From positions 1-28,304 of the forward strand of contig JAQGDQ010000860.1 in assembly GCA_030141605.1 (NCBI GenBank): a stretch of 28,304 nucleotides of DNA, given 5' to 3'. The notes under the pieces are model-generated. The model did not search any database. It was given only the letters and a program-made list of their open reading frames with translations, and was not told the origin of the DNA. This document shows, piece by piece, positions 18,228-28,304 of this stretch. The position numbers and the translations under genes were made by a program. Origin of the DNA: Tubiluchus corallicola (taxonomy: Eukaryota > Animalia > Priapulida). Each line of letters opens with the position of its first letter. Positions within the stretch are counted from its first letter, which is position 1.

Positions 18228-21200
18228 CTGTAAATAAAATGCTGTCATTAGTTCACCTATAGAGTCCAATACGGGTCCACCAGAATCACCCTGTAAATAA
18301 AATGCTGTCATTAGTTCACCTGTAGAGTCCAATACGGGTCCACCAGAATCACCCTGTAAATAAAATGCTGTCATTAGTTCACCTGTAGAGTCCAACACGG
18401 GACCATCAGAATCGCCCTGTAAATAAAATGCTGTCATTAGTTCACCTGTAGAGTCCAATACGGGTCCACCAGAATCACCCTGTAAATAAAATGCTGTCAT
18501 TAGTTCACCTGTAGAGTCCAACACGGGACCATCAGAATCGCCCTGTAAATAAAATGCTAGATTTGCTAGAAATTAGAAATCTAGTGAACGAATGCATGGA
18601 ATACAGGATAAAGACAAATAAAGACATTAAACAGATAAAGACAAATAAAAGATCAGCGTTAAAGAAGAATAGACTTTGCACCCTATAAAGGTGCCCGCCT
18701 CTGATAGGTGTAGAGAGTCGAGTATCGCAATCGCACAGGTTCATCAGAATTATCATGCAAATGTAACTCAAGAAGCCCAGCATAAAGTCTAAACACAGAG
18801 GCGCTGACCTGCGCTGGTAGCTCACCAGTTTGCTTGGTACTGAGTGACATATTATAAGAAAATTTTCTTACTCTTACACAATTTGAACACAATAAATTAA
18901 GCAGCAAAACTGCCTAAATAAGTTATTAAGAATTCATCATTTAAAACAATGGCATGATTGAAATACTTACTATACAAACAGAGACAAGGTTCTTGTACAT
19001 GCAGACTGACATGTTTTTGGTACTCCCACTAGCATAAGCATCCTGGGAAACACAGTCCATAAAGGAAAGAACTTGCAATGATGCCTTTTGTAAACTGACT
19101 TTGTGTACACTTTGCATGTCTAAGAATATAACAGTGTTAGCGTTAACTAACTGTTTAGATGTTAAGATTAACTGTTTTGGATGTAAGGATTAACTGTTTT
19201 GGATGTAAGGATTAACTGTCATGGATGCAAGGATTAACTGTTTTGGATGTAAGGATTAACTGTTTTGGATGTAAGGATTAACTGTCATGGATGCAAGGAT
19301 TAACTGTTTTGGATGTAAGGATTAACTGTTTTGGATGTGAGGATTATAAACTATTTTGGATGTGAGGATAATAAACTGTTTTGGATGTAAGGATTAACTG
19401 TTTTGGATGTGAGGATTATAAACTATTTTGGATGTGAGGATAATAAACTGTTTTGGATGTAAGGATTAACTGTTTTGGATGTACGGATTAACTGTTTTGG
19501 ATGTAAGGATTAGCTGTTTTGGATGAGAGGATTACAAACTGTTTTGGATGTGAGGATTATAAACTGTTTTGGATGAGAGGATTATAAACTGTTTTGGATG
19601 TGAGGATTATAAACTATTTTGTATGTGAGGATTATAAGCTGTTTTGGACGTGAGGATTATAAGCTGTTTTGGACGTGAGGATTATAAGCTGTTTTGGTTG
19701 TGAGGATTATAAGCTGTTTTGAACGTGAGGATTATAAACTATTTTGGATTTGAGGAATATAAACTATTTTGTATGTGAGGATTATAAACTATTTTGTATG
19801 TGAGGATTATAAACTGTTTTGGATTGATATTTTTCCTTCAGTAGTCGTGATCACAGGTTTTTCTTTATCATGATAAATGGTTAAAAAAGCATTAGTTACA
19901 AGACAAGGTCTAGTTTATTTTGCAAAAAGAAGCTTAAAATCGAAAAATAAGAACTCACTTTACAAAACTTACCTTTACCCAGGGAGCCCCATCCAGCAAT
20001 TATTGCTTCTTTGTTATCGTAATTATGCTTGTCACAAATTGGCAAAGTTACAGGTTTAATATCGTCGTCAAACTGAATAGCTTCATTCATACGTATCATA
20101 GCAATATCATTGTCAGCTATTAAATCTTCTTTTTTGTAGTTGGGGTGAACCTTGTAGTAATAGCCCTGTACAATAGTGAAAATAATTATAACTTTGTAAT
20201 AACTAATAACTATATTGATTAATGTTTCATGACGCAGTCATGTTCATCAAAGTTCACTTATTAAGGGTCACCAACTAGAAAAGAAAATTTTTACAGCACG
20301 TTCAGTCTAGAGACTTTTTTCGTCAAGTAACTCGCAAGCGTGTTTAGACAAGGGAGTTTTCTCGTCAAGTAAGTTGCAAGCGTGTTTAGATTAGGGAGTT
20401 TTCTCGTCAAGTAACTGGCAAGCGTGTTTAGACAAGGGAGTTTTCTCGTCAAGTAACTCGCAAGCGTGTTTAGACTAGGGAGTTTTCTCGTCAAGTAACT
20501 CGCAAGCGTGTTTAGACAAGGGAGTTTTCTTGTCAAGTAACTGGCAAGCTTGTTTAGACAAGGGAGTTTTCTCGTCAAGTAACTTGCAAGCGTGTTTAGA
20601 TTAGGGAGTTTTCTCGTCAAGTAACTTGCAAGCCGTGTTTAGACAAGGGAGTTTTCTCGTCAAGTAACTGGCAAGCATGTTTAGACAAGGGAGTTTTCTC
20701 GTCAAGTAACTTGCAAGCGTGTTTAGATTAGGGAGCTTTCTCGTCAAGTAACTGGCAAGCGTGTTTAGACAAGGAAGTTTTCTCGTCAAGTAACTAGCAA
20801 GCGTGTTTAGACAAGGAAGTTTTCTCGTCAAGTAACTAGCAAGCATGTTTAGACATGGAAGTTTTCTCGTCAAGAAACTAGCAAGCGTGTTTAGACAAGG
20901 AAGTTTTCTCGTCAAGTAACTAGCAAGCGTGTTTAGACAAGGAAGTTTTCTCGTCAAGTAACTTGACGTTGAAACGAAACTAAAATTTTACCCAACGTTT
21001 AATCTTTGGCTCGTTCACATTGTTGCTCCCCATCAATATTTTCATTCCAAGTCCAGGTTTTGTTCTAGAAAAAAGTTTTCCTTTAATTCAAAAGTCTATG
21101 AATTCTATTTATAATACATCCATAAGAGAAAACGTATTCAAAGTAGTGAACAATTTTAAGTGTAAATGCTACAGTTGAATGTACACAGCAGCTACTGTTG

Positions 21201-23292
21201 AAACTGTGCAGTAGCTACAGTTGAAAGTGTGCAGTAGCTACAGTTGAAAGTGTACAGTAGCTACAGTTGAATGTACACAGCAGCTACTGTTGAAACTGTG
21301 CAGCAGCTACTGTTGAAAGTGTACAGTAGCTGCACTTGAAAGTGTACAGTAGCTAGAGTTGAAAGTATACAGTGGCTACAGTTGAAAGTCTGAAGTAGCT
21401 AGAGTTGAAAGTGTACAGTAGCTGCAGCTGAAAGTGTACAGTAGCTGCAGTTGAAAGTGTACAGCAGCTGCAGTTGAAAGTGTACAGTAACTGCACTTGA
21501 AAGTGTACAGTAGCTGCAGTTGAAAGTGTACAGTAACTACAGTTGAAAGTGTACAGTAGCTGCAGTTGAAAGTGTACAGTAGCTGCACTTGAAAGTGTAC
21601 AGTAGCTTGCAGTTGAATGTGTACAGTAGATACAGTTGAAAGTGTACAGTAGCTGCAGTTGAAAGTGTACAGTAGCTACAGCTGAAACTGTACAGTAGCT
21701 TGCAGTTGAAAGTGTACAGTAGCTACAGTTGAAAATGTACAGTAGCTACAGTTGAAAGTGTACAGTAGCTACAGTTGAAAATATACAGCACAAGTCAATA
21801 CATTTTCTTCAATAAATACATTGTTAACTTACCCATAGACACAATGTGCTGCAGTCAGAATCCATCTGTCGTTTATTAATGATCCACCGCAGAACCTAAT
21901 AGCTTTTTCCAACTTTATTTCAAGTGCAACCTTTTTCAACAAAAACAAGTTACAGCTTATCTGCATTATAAGTGCCGCAAAACTTGAAAAAGTTTTGAAA
22001 ATTAACCCACAAACTACATAACAAATTTCATAATATTTTTATTAAACAAAATCAACGTTGTCGCTACACACTAACAGTTATCTTCATCTTTACCCAGTCA
22101 AAATGGCTGCTACTTTGATGTCGAAACGATGATTTTTTTTAATAAAAATGCTATAAAAATTTGTTATAATATTATACTATCCTAGTTATTAAACTGATGA
22201 TGTTCTTGTCATATGGAATTTCATTACTTTTTCAAGAGAATTTTTTAACTGACACATGTTTGTAATAAAAAAACATAAACTTTTTGACTATGATAGTAAA
22301 AGAACAATACAGATTGCTACTAGTAAGCTTGCCTACATGCTATGTTAACAACATAGTTATGAACAACATGGGAACGTCAAAGAACATCAGCTGCAAGAAG
22401 AACATCAACATCAGCAATGACATTAGTGCTTTACAAACAACAACAACAACAACAACAACAACAATAACAGCAGCAATAACAACAACAACTACAACAAAAA
22501 CAACAACAACAATAAGAGCAGCAATAACAACAACAACTACAACAACAACAACTACAACAACAACAACAACAACAAAACAACACAACAAACAACAACAACA
22601 ACTACTACTACAACAACAACAGCAACAAAAACAACAACAACAACAATAACAGCAACAACAACAATAACAACGACAACTAAACAACAACAACAACAACTAC
22701 AATAACAACAACAACAACAACAACAATAACGACAACAGCAACAACAACAACAACTACTACAATAGCAACAACAACACCAAAAAAACAACAACAAACAACA
22801 ACAACAGCAACATCATAAAAGCAACACCAGCTATAGCTTTGATAATGGTAATAACCGGTACAATAATCATGCCTCCCGTATTATACCTAGTTCTTGGTGA
22901 TTAAGAAAAAAAAACTCCCTAAATTAAGAAAATAAACAAGTTTGTTACCAGGAATGGAAATTCTCTGCCGATAACGTCTTCACCACCCCGAATTCTTGGC
23001 TCAGGTGTCAAACCTACATATCAGTACATGATATAGAAAAAAAAATGGAGGTACTTTCATTAGACAACAAATCAATGATTTACAACCAGATTACGTCACC
23101 TTCAAATTAGACACAAATACTTCAAAAACACCTTGTGAACTAACCATCACCTGTGAAACTTCTTGGCACTCTGAGACTTGAAGCAGCTCTGTGACTCGTG
23201 GCTTGTGTCTTCCTGTCTTTGGAGTGACTTGGATCAAGACAGCACAGCATGGCATACAGCAAGAAAATGACCGTTTTCGGTTTATCAGCCAT
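17949..23292 (-). CDS. Secreted S1A (chymotrypsin-family) serine protease zymogen, 7 coding exons, 334 aa in the shortest model
   Basis: join(23292-23145, 23013-22949, 21930-21833, 21064-20992, 20165-19973, 19119-18971, 18227-17949). All introns are GT-AG with compatible phases (1,0,2,0,1,0), total 1005 nt. Signal peptide, R|IRGG activation site, and TAAHC, DIAM, GDSGGP triad motifs are present. Confidence 0.92.
18188..18558 (-). repeat. 63-bp tandem repeat spanning the intron/exon junction, six acceptor + GDS(G/D)GP copies
   Basis: CAG acceptors at + coordinates 18228, 18291, 18354, 18417, 18480 and 18543 (each to +2). The array is open in the protease frame. Confidence 0.97.
18971..19119 (-). 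CDS. Protease coding exon 6 (LQKASLQV...C...CMYKNLVSVCI)
   Basis: ttcttag| and |gtaagt boundaries, 149 nt. Confidence 0.9.
19148..19824. repeat. Intronic minisatellite, 22-bp units grading to 25-bp units
   Basis: ttaactgttttggatgtaagga on the left, ttataaactgttttggatgtgagga on the right. Confidence 0.96.
19973..20165 (-). CDS. Protease coding exon 5 (VHPNY..NDIAMIR..AGWG), catalytic Asp
   Basis: tgtacag| and |gtaagt boundaries, 193 nt. Confidence 0.93.
20315..20965. repeat. Intronic 42-bp minisatellite, ~15 copies
   Basis: Unit gcaagcgtgtttagacaagggagttttctcgtcaagtaactc. Confidence 0.97.
20992..21064 (-). CDS. Protease coding exon 4 (TKPGLGMKILMGSNNVNEPKIKRW)
   Basis: tttttctag| and |gtaaaa boundaries, 73 nt; phases fit both neighbours. 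Confidence 0.85.
21167..21789. repeat. Intronic 23-bp minisatellite
   Basis: Unit agtagctacagttgaaagtgtac and variants. Confidence 0.96.
21833..21930 (-). CDS. Protease coding exon 3 (FCGGSLINDRWILTAAHC), catalytic His
   Basis: aag| and |gtaagt boundaries, 98 nt. Confidence 0.93.
22435..22812. repeat. Imperfect (CAA)n microsatellite, intronic
   Basis: Direct reading. Confidence 0.97.
22949..23013 (-). CDS. Protease coding exon 2 (LTPEPR|IRGGEDVIGREFPFL)
   Basis: atgtag| and |gtaaca boundaries, 65 nt. Confidence 0.9.
23145..23292 (-). CDS. Protease coding exon 1: signal peptide and propeptide (MADKPKTVIFLLYAMLCCLDPSHS...)
   Basis: ATG at 23292, hydrophobic core, and phase-1 donor G|gttagt matching the next exon. 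Confidence 0.8.
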
Positions 23293-23581
23293 TTGTATTT
23301 GTCATTTGTTCGCTGAAACAATAATAGCTACATTTTGTTTTAATACAAAAAACTTGAAAAATGCTTAATTTGTCTACAAAGCTGAAAGAAAGTTTTCTGC
23401 AGCAGTACTGGCACATCCAGGCTCATGTTTGTTTGTCTGTGATATTGAATTTGGAAACTGCAGAATAAGTTGTAGAGTGAGTCGTCTTACTCAAGTCATG
23501 AAGCTAAAAATCAATGAAAAATTTTACTAAGTGTAAGGGTAAAATGGTTAGCATTCAAAAACATGTATACTCTAACATTTT

Positions 23582-23642
23582 GTCTCCTTCTCTCTCCCTC
23601 TCTCTCCTCTCTCTCTCTCTCCCCCTCGCTCTACCTCTCTCT

Positions 23643-23679
<37 letters not shown>

Positions 23680-23709
23680 TCTCTTTCTCTCTCTGTCTCT
23701 CTGTCTCTC

Positions 23710-23751
<42 letters not shown>

Positions 23752-23871
23752 TCTCTCTCCTCTCTCTCTCTCTCTCCCTCTCTCTCCCTCTCTCTCTTTC
23801 GTTTTCTCTCTCTGTCTCTCTTTTTCTCTCTCTCTTCCTCTCTCCCCCTCGCTCTACCTCTCTCTCTCTCC

Positions 23872-23936
<65 letters not shown>

Positions 23937-24001
23937 GTCTCTCTCTCTCTCTCTCTTTCTTTTTCTCTCTCTGTCTCTCTTTTTCTCTCTCTCCTCTCCC
24001 T

Positions 24002-24056
<55 letters not shown>

Positions 24057-24062
24057 TCTCTC
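23582..24062. repeat. Imperfect (CT)n microsatellite
   Basis: Direct reading. Confidence 0.98.
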
Positions 24063-24119
24063 ATCAAGTTGGTTTTCCTAGAATTTTCTGGATCTACCCC
24101 AAGCCCCTATAAAACTTAC

Positions 24120-24197
24120 CTTGTGAATGTTTTGTAATAAAAGACTGTACTAATGCCCATCTTCTGTGCAGCTATCTATCTTACAAAACGTTTTATA
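24120..24197 (-). promoter_or_regulatory. Candidate TATA box and short first exon of the protease gene
   Basis: TATAAAA at 24197-24191 and consensus donor AAG|gtaagt after 24120. Candidate acceptor tgtttcag near 23313-23320. Confidence 0.5.
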
Positions 24198-25191
24198 CTG
24201 CACACCTACAAACAATATCTACAGACACTAAATTTATGTTGTATTATACATTCACACCAAATCTTTGCTTTAGAAACTTATGGTAGCAGAATAGAACATA
24301 ATTCTGATATTCATGCGTCATACTAATACAGTTTAGCACTCTGCAAGCTGAGATCAAGCGCTTAGTTGCACGGTAATCAATGTGGCAGGACCGATATCTT
24401 TGTCGTTACCTAATGCAATTCTGTAAATCGAGATTTTGAAGAGACAGAGTGTCCTCTTTGCCATATACGTCTGTATGTAAGCCTACGTGCCACAATACTG
24501 CAATATGACAGATGTAATCACAGAAGATAGCTTCACTGCATTCACTGATCCAGTTACTAATCAAGACTTGATGTTGCTGAAACTAGTGCAGTTAGGGAGG
24601 CACCACGGGTTAATCAGCTTTCTAAATTCCTCCCGAAAATCCCTGTTGGTTTTTAAACGATCATGAAAAATTTGAATCAATGATAGTAACCGCAATTCCG
24701 GGATTAAACAAATTTAAAAATTCTAGAGGCTTTGCTTGTTCCAAAGTTCTGCAGTTTTTTGTTAAGAATTCACTGTCATGACAACAATGTAAGAAAACTA
24801 AACGCATATTGTTAGAAATTAGAATAGGCTTGCGATTAAAATTAGGCCGTATCATTCTACAGGCCTAGCTTTTAGAACGTTATCGTTCCACTATCAATTA
24901 TCATTATTGTTTGCCTTTTTATTCTTACATCGAAATGCACTGATCTTTTAACAGTTTCTTCCAAATTTTCTGGAAGCAAAAATGGATAATGTATTTTATC
25001 TTTTACTGAGTGCTGGATAAACATTGTGTTGTGATTTTATTATTTTTACTCGTTTGTGATTATATTAATTATTTAGGTTTTGTGTTTTTACTGATTTATT
25101 GTAGTGATATTATTTCGGAAGAGCACATATTTGCTTTTTAGATTTAAGTAGGTTATTTAAGTAAACTGTAAAACTCATGTTTTGCAGCACT

Positions 25192-25622
25192 GCATAACTG
25201 TATTTGTTATATTTTGAAATTGTTCTTGCATAATTGCATTCTATTGCATAACAGCATTAATTACATTCTCGCATAATTGTATTTGTTATATTTTGAAATT
25301 GTTCTTGCATAATTGCATTCGATTGCATAACTGCATAATTACATTCTTGCATAATTGTATTTGTTATATTTTGAAATTGTTCTTGCATAATTGCATTCGA
25401 TTGCATAACTGCATAATTACATTCTTGCATAATTGTATTTGTTATATTTTGAAATTGTTCTTGCATAATTGCATTCTATTGCATAACTGCATAATTACAT
25501 TCTCGCATAATTGTATTTGTTATATTTTGAAATTGTTCTTGCATAATTGCATTCTATTGCATAACAGCATTAATTACATTCTCGCATAATTGTATTTGTT
25601 ATATTTTGAAATTTTTCTTGCA
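25192..25622. repeat. 78-bp tandem repeat, ~5.5 copies, rich in (TT)GCATAA
   Basis: Units at 25192, 25271, 25349, 25427, 25505 and 25583. Confidence 0.96.
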
Positions 25623-25828
25623 CTTTAATTTTTTTGGTAATTTTAATTTTTTGCGATGATACACTATTGTATTTGTGCAGCAAAATGAAAATTGAAATTA
25701 AATTGAATTGACTGCAATCTTCACTTTTGCAGCTCGATTCAGAATTCGCTTCTCAGTTCATATTTGGCAACTGCGTTTAACTACCATGGCAACAGAAACT
25801 TGGGAAAATGACGTTGCACTTGTGCTAA

Positions 25829-26169
<341 letters not shown>

Positions 26170-26441
26170 ATGTGTGAATACCAGTGGTGTGTGCACATCG
26201 TCTCTTTATATTCGAGCTAATTTAATATATTTATAGTGAGAGTTGTAAAGTGAAACTTATATCATATTCTGCACGAACAAAAAACGCATCCAGTTTAATG
26301 ATTGGTTGAATTCTAAGAAAAACTAAAATTCTGTAATAATTCTTTTGTGAAGTTTTGCGTTACTTACCTGGTAAAACGTGTTTTCTTCCATGTATCAGTG
26401 TAGTGGTGATATCACGCCTAATTAACAGACAATGGCAACAT

Positions 26442-28304
26442 TGTACTGATATGTAGGTTTGACACCTGAGCCAAGAATTCGGGGTGGTGAAGACGTTATC
26501 GGCAGAGAATTTCCATTCCTGGTAACAAACTTGTTTATTTTCTTAATTTAGGGAGTTTTTTTTTCTTAATCACCAAGAACTAGGTATAATACGGGAGGCA
26601 TGATTATTGTACCGGTTATTACCATTATCAAAGCTATAGCTGGTGTTGCTTTTATGATGTTGCTGTTGTTGTTGTTTGTTGTTGTTTTTTTGGTGTTGTT
26701 GTTGCTATTGTAGTAGTTGTTGTTGTTGTTGCTGTTGTCGTTATTGTTGTTGTTGTTTTTGTTGTTGTTATTGTAGTTGTTGTTGTTGTTGTTGCAGTTG
26801 TTGTTGTTACTGTTGCAGTTGCTGTTATTGTTGTTGTTGTTGTTTTTGTTGCTGTTGTTGTTGTAGTAGTAGTTGTTGTTGTTGTTTGTTGTGTTGTTTT
26901 GTTGTTGTTGTTGTTGTTGTAGTTGTTGTTGTTGTAGTTGTTGTTGTTGTTGTTGTTGTAGTTGTTGTTGTTATTGCTGCTCTTATTGTTGTTGTTGTTT
27001 TTGTTGTAGTTGTTGTTGTTATTGCTGCTGTTATTGTTGTTGTTGTTGTTGTTGTTGTTGTTTGTAAAGCACTAATGTCATTGCTGATGTTGATGTTCTT
27101 CTTGCAGCTGATGTTCTTTGACGTTCCCATGTTGTTCATAACTATGTTGTTAACATAGCATGTAGGCAAGCTTACTAGTAGCAATCTGTATTGTTCTTTT
27201 ACTATCATAGTCAAAAAGTTTATGTTTTTTTATTACAAACATGTGTCAGTTAAAAAATTCTCTTGAAAAAGTAATGAAATTCCATATGACAAGAACATCA
27301 TCAGTTTAATAACTAGCATAGTATAATATTATAACAAATTTTTATAGCATTTTTATTAAAAAAAATCATCGTTTCGACATCAAAGTAGCAGCCATTTTGA
27401 CTGGGTAAAGATGAAGATAACTGTTAGTGTGTAGCGACAACGTTGATTTTGTTTAATAAAAATATTATGAAATTTGTTATGTAGTTTGTGGGTTAATTTT
27501 CAAAACTTTTTCAAGTTTTGCGGCACTTATAATGCAGATAAGCTGTAACTTGTTTTTGTTGAAAAAGGTTGCACTTGAAATAAAGTTGGAAAAAGCTATT
27601 AGGTTCTGCGGTGGATCATTAATAAACGACAGATGGATTCTGACTGCAGCACATTGTGTCTATGGGTAAGTTAACAATGTATTTATTGAAGAAAATGTAT
27701 TGACTTGTGCTGTATATTTTCAACTGTAGCTACTGTACACTTTCAACTGTAGCTACTGTACATTTTCAACTGTAGCTACTGTACACTTTCAACTGCAAGC
27801 TACTGTACACTTTCAGCTGTAGCTACTGTACACTTTCAACTGCAGCTACTGTACACTTTCAACTGTATCTACTGTACACATTCAACTGCAAGCTACTGTA
27901 CACTTTCAAGTGCAGCTACTGTACACTTTCAACTGCAGCTACTGTACACTTTCAACTGTAGTTACTGTACACTTTCAACTGCAGCTACTGTACACTTTCA
28001 AGTGCAGTTACTGTACACTTTCAACTGCAGCTGCTGTACACTTTCAACTGCAGCTACTGTACACTTTCAGCTGCAGCTACTGTACACTTTCAACTCTAGC
28101 TACTTCAGACTTTCAACTGTAGCCACTGTATACTTTCAACTCTAGCTACTGTACACTTTCAAGTGCAGCTACTGTACACTTTCAACAGTAGCTGCTGCAC
28201 AGTTTCAACAGTAGCTGCTGTGTACATTCAACTGTAGCTACTGTACACTTTCAACTGTAGCTACTGCACACTTTCAGTAGCTACTGTACATTTTCAACTG
28301 TAGC
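26442..28304 (+). pseudogene. Inverted partial duplicate of the protease gene (copy of 23028 to ~21222), lacking the signal-peptide exon; runs off window
   Basis: Exon copies at 26457-26521 and 27568-27665 match the minus-strand exons. Introns, including the (TTG)n tract (26657-27064) and 23-bp minisatellite (27708-28304), are copied too. The breakpoint is 15 nt upstream of the first copied exon. Confidence 0.88.

Overview
AT-rich, repeat-dense metazoan (probably invertebrate) genomic DNA with spliceosomal genes. From left to right: a rearranged repeat block with a 522-bp fold-back (1-2700); a single-coding-exon 10-finger C2H2 zinc-finger gene; a TA-flanked MITE; CR1-like and BEL/Pao-like retroelement remnants; an intact, intronless DLGAP5/HURP-like gene; an ~850-bp endogenous fragment of a negative-strand RNA virus L polymerase (motifs F, A-E, GDN); and a 7-coding-exon secreted S1 serine protease on the minus strand. 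The protease's catalytic-Ser splice junction is tandemly repeated six times in frame, and two of its exons recur in a recent inverted duplication that runs off the right edge. Many mini- and microsatellites explain most short ORFs in the track. All calls come from manual reading and translation; no searches were run.
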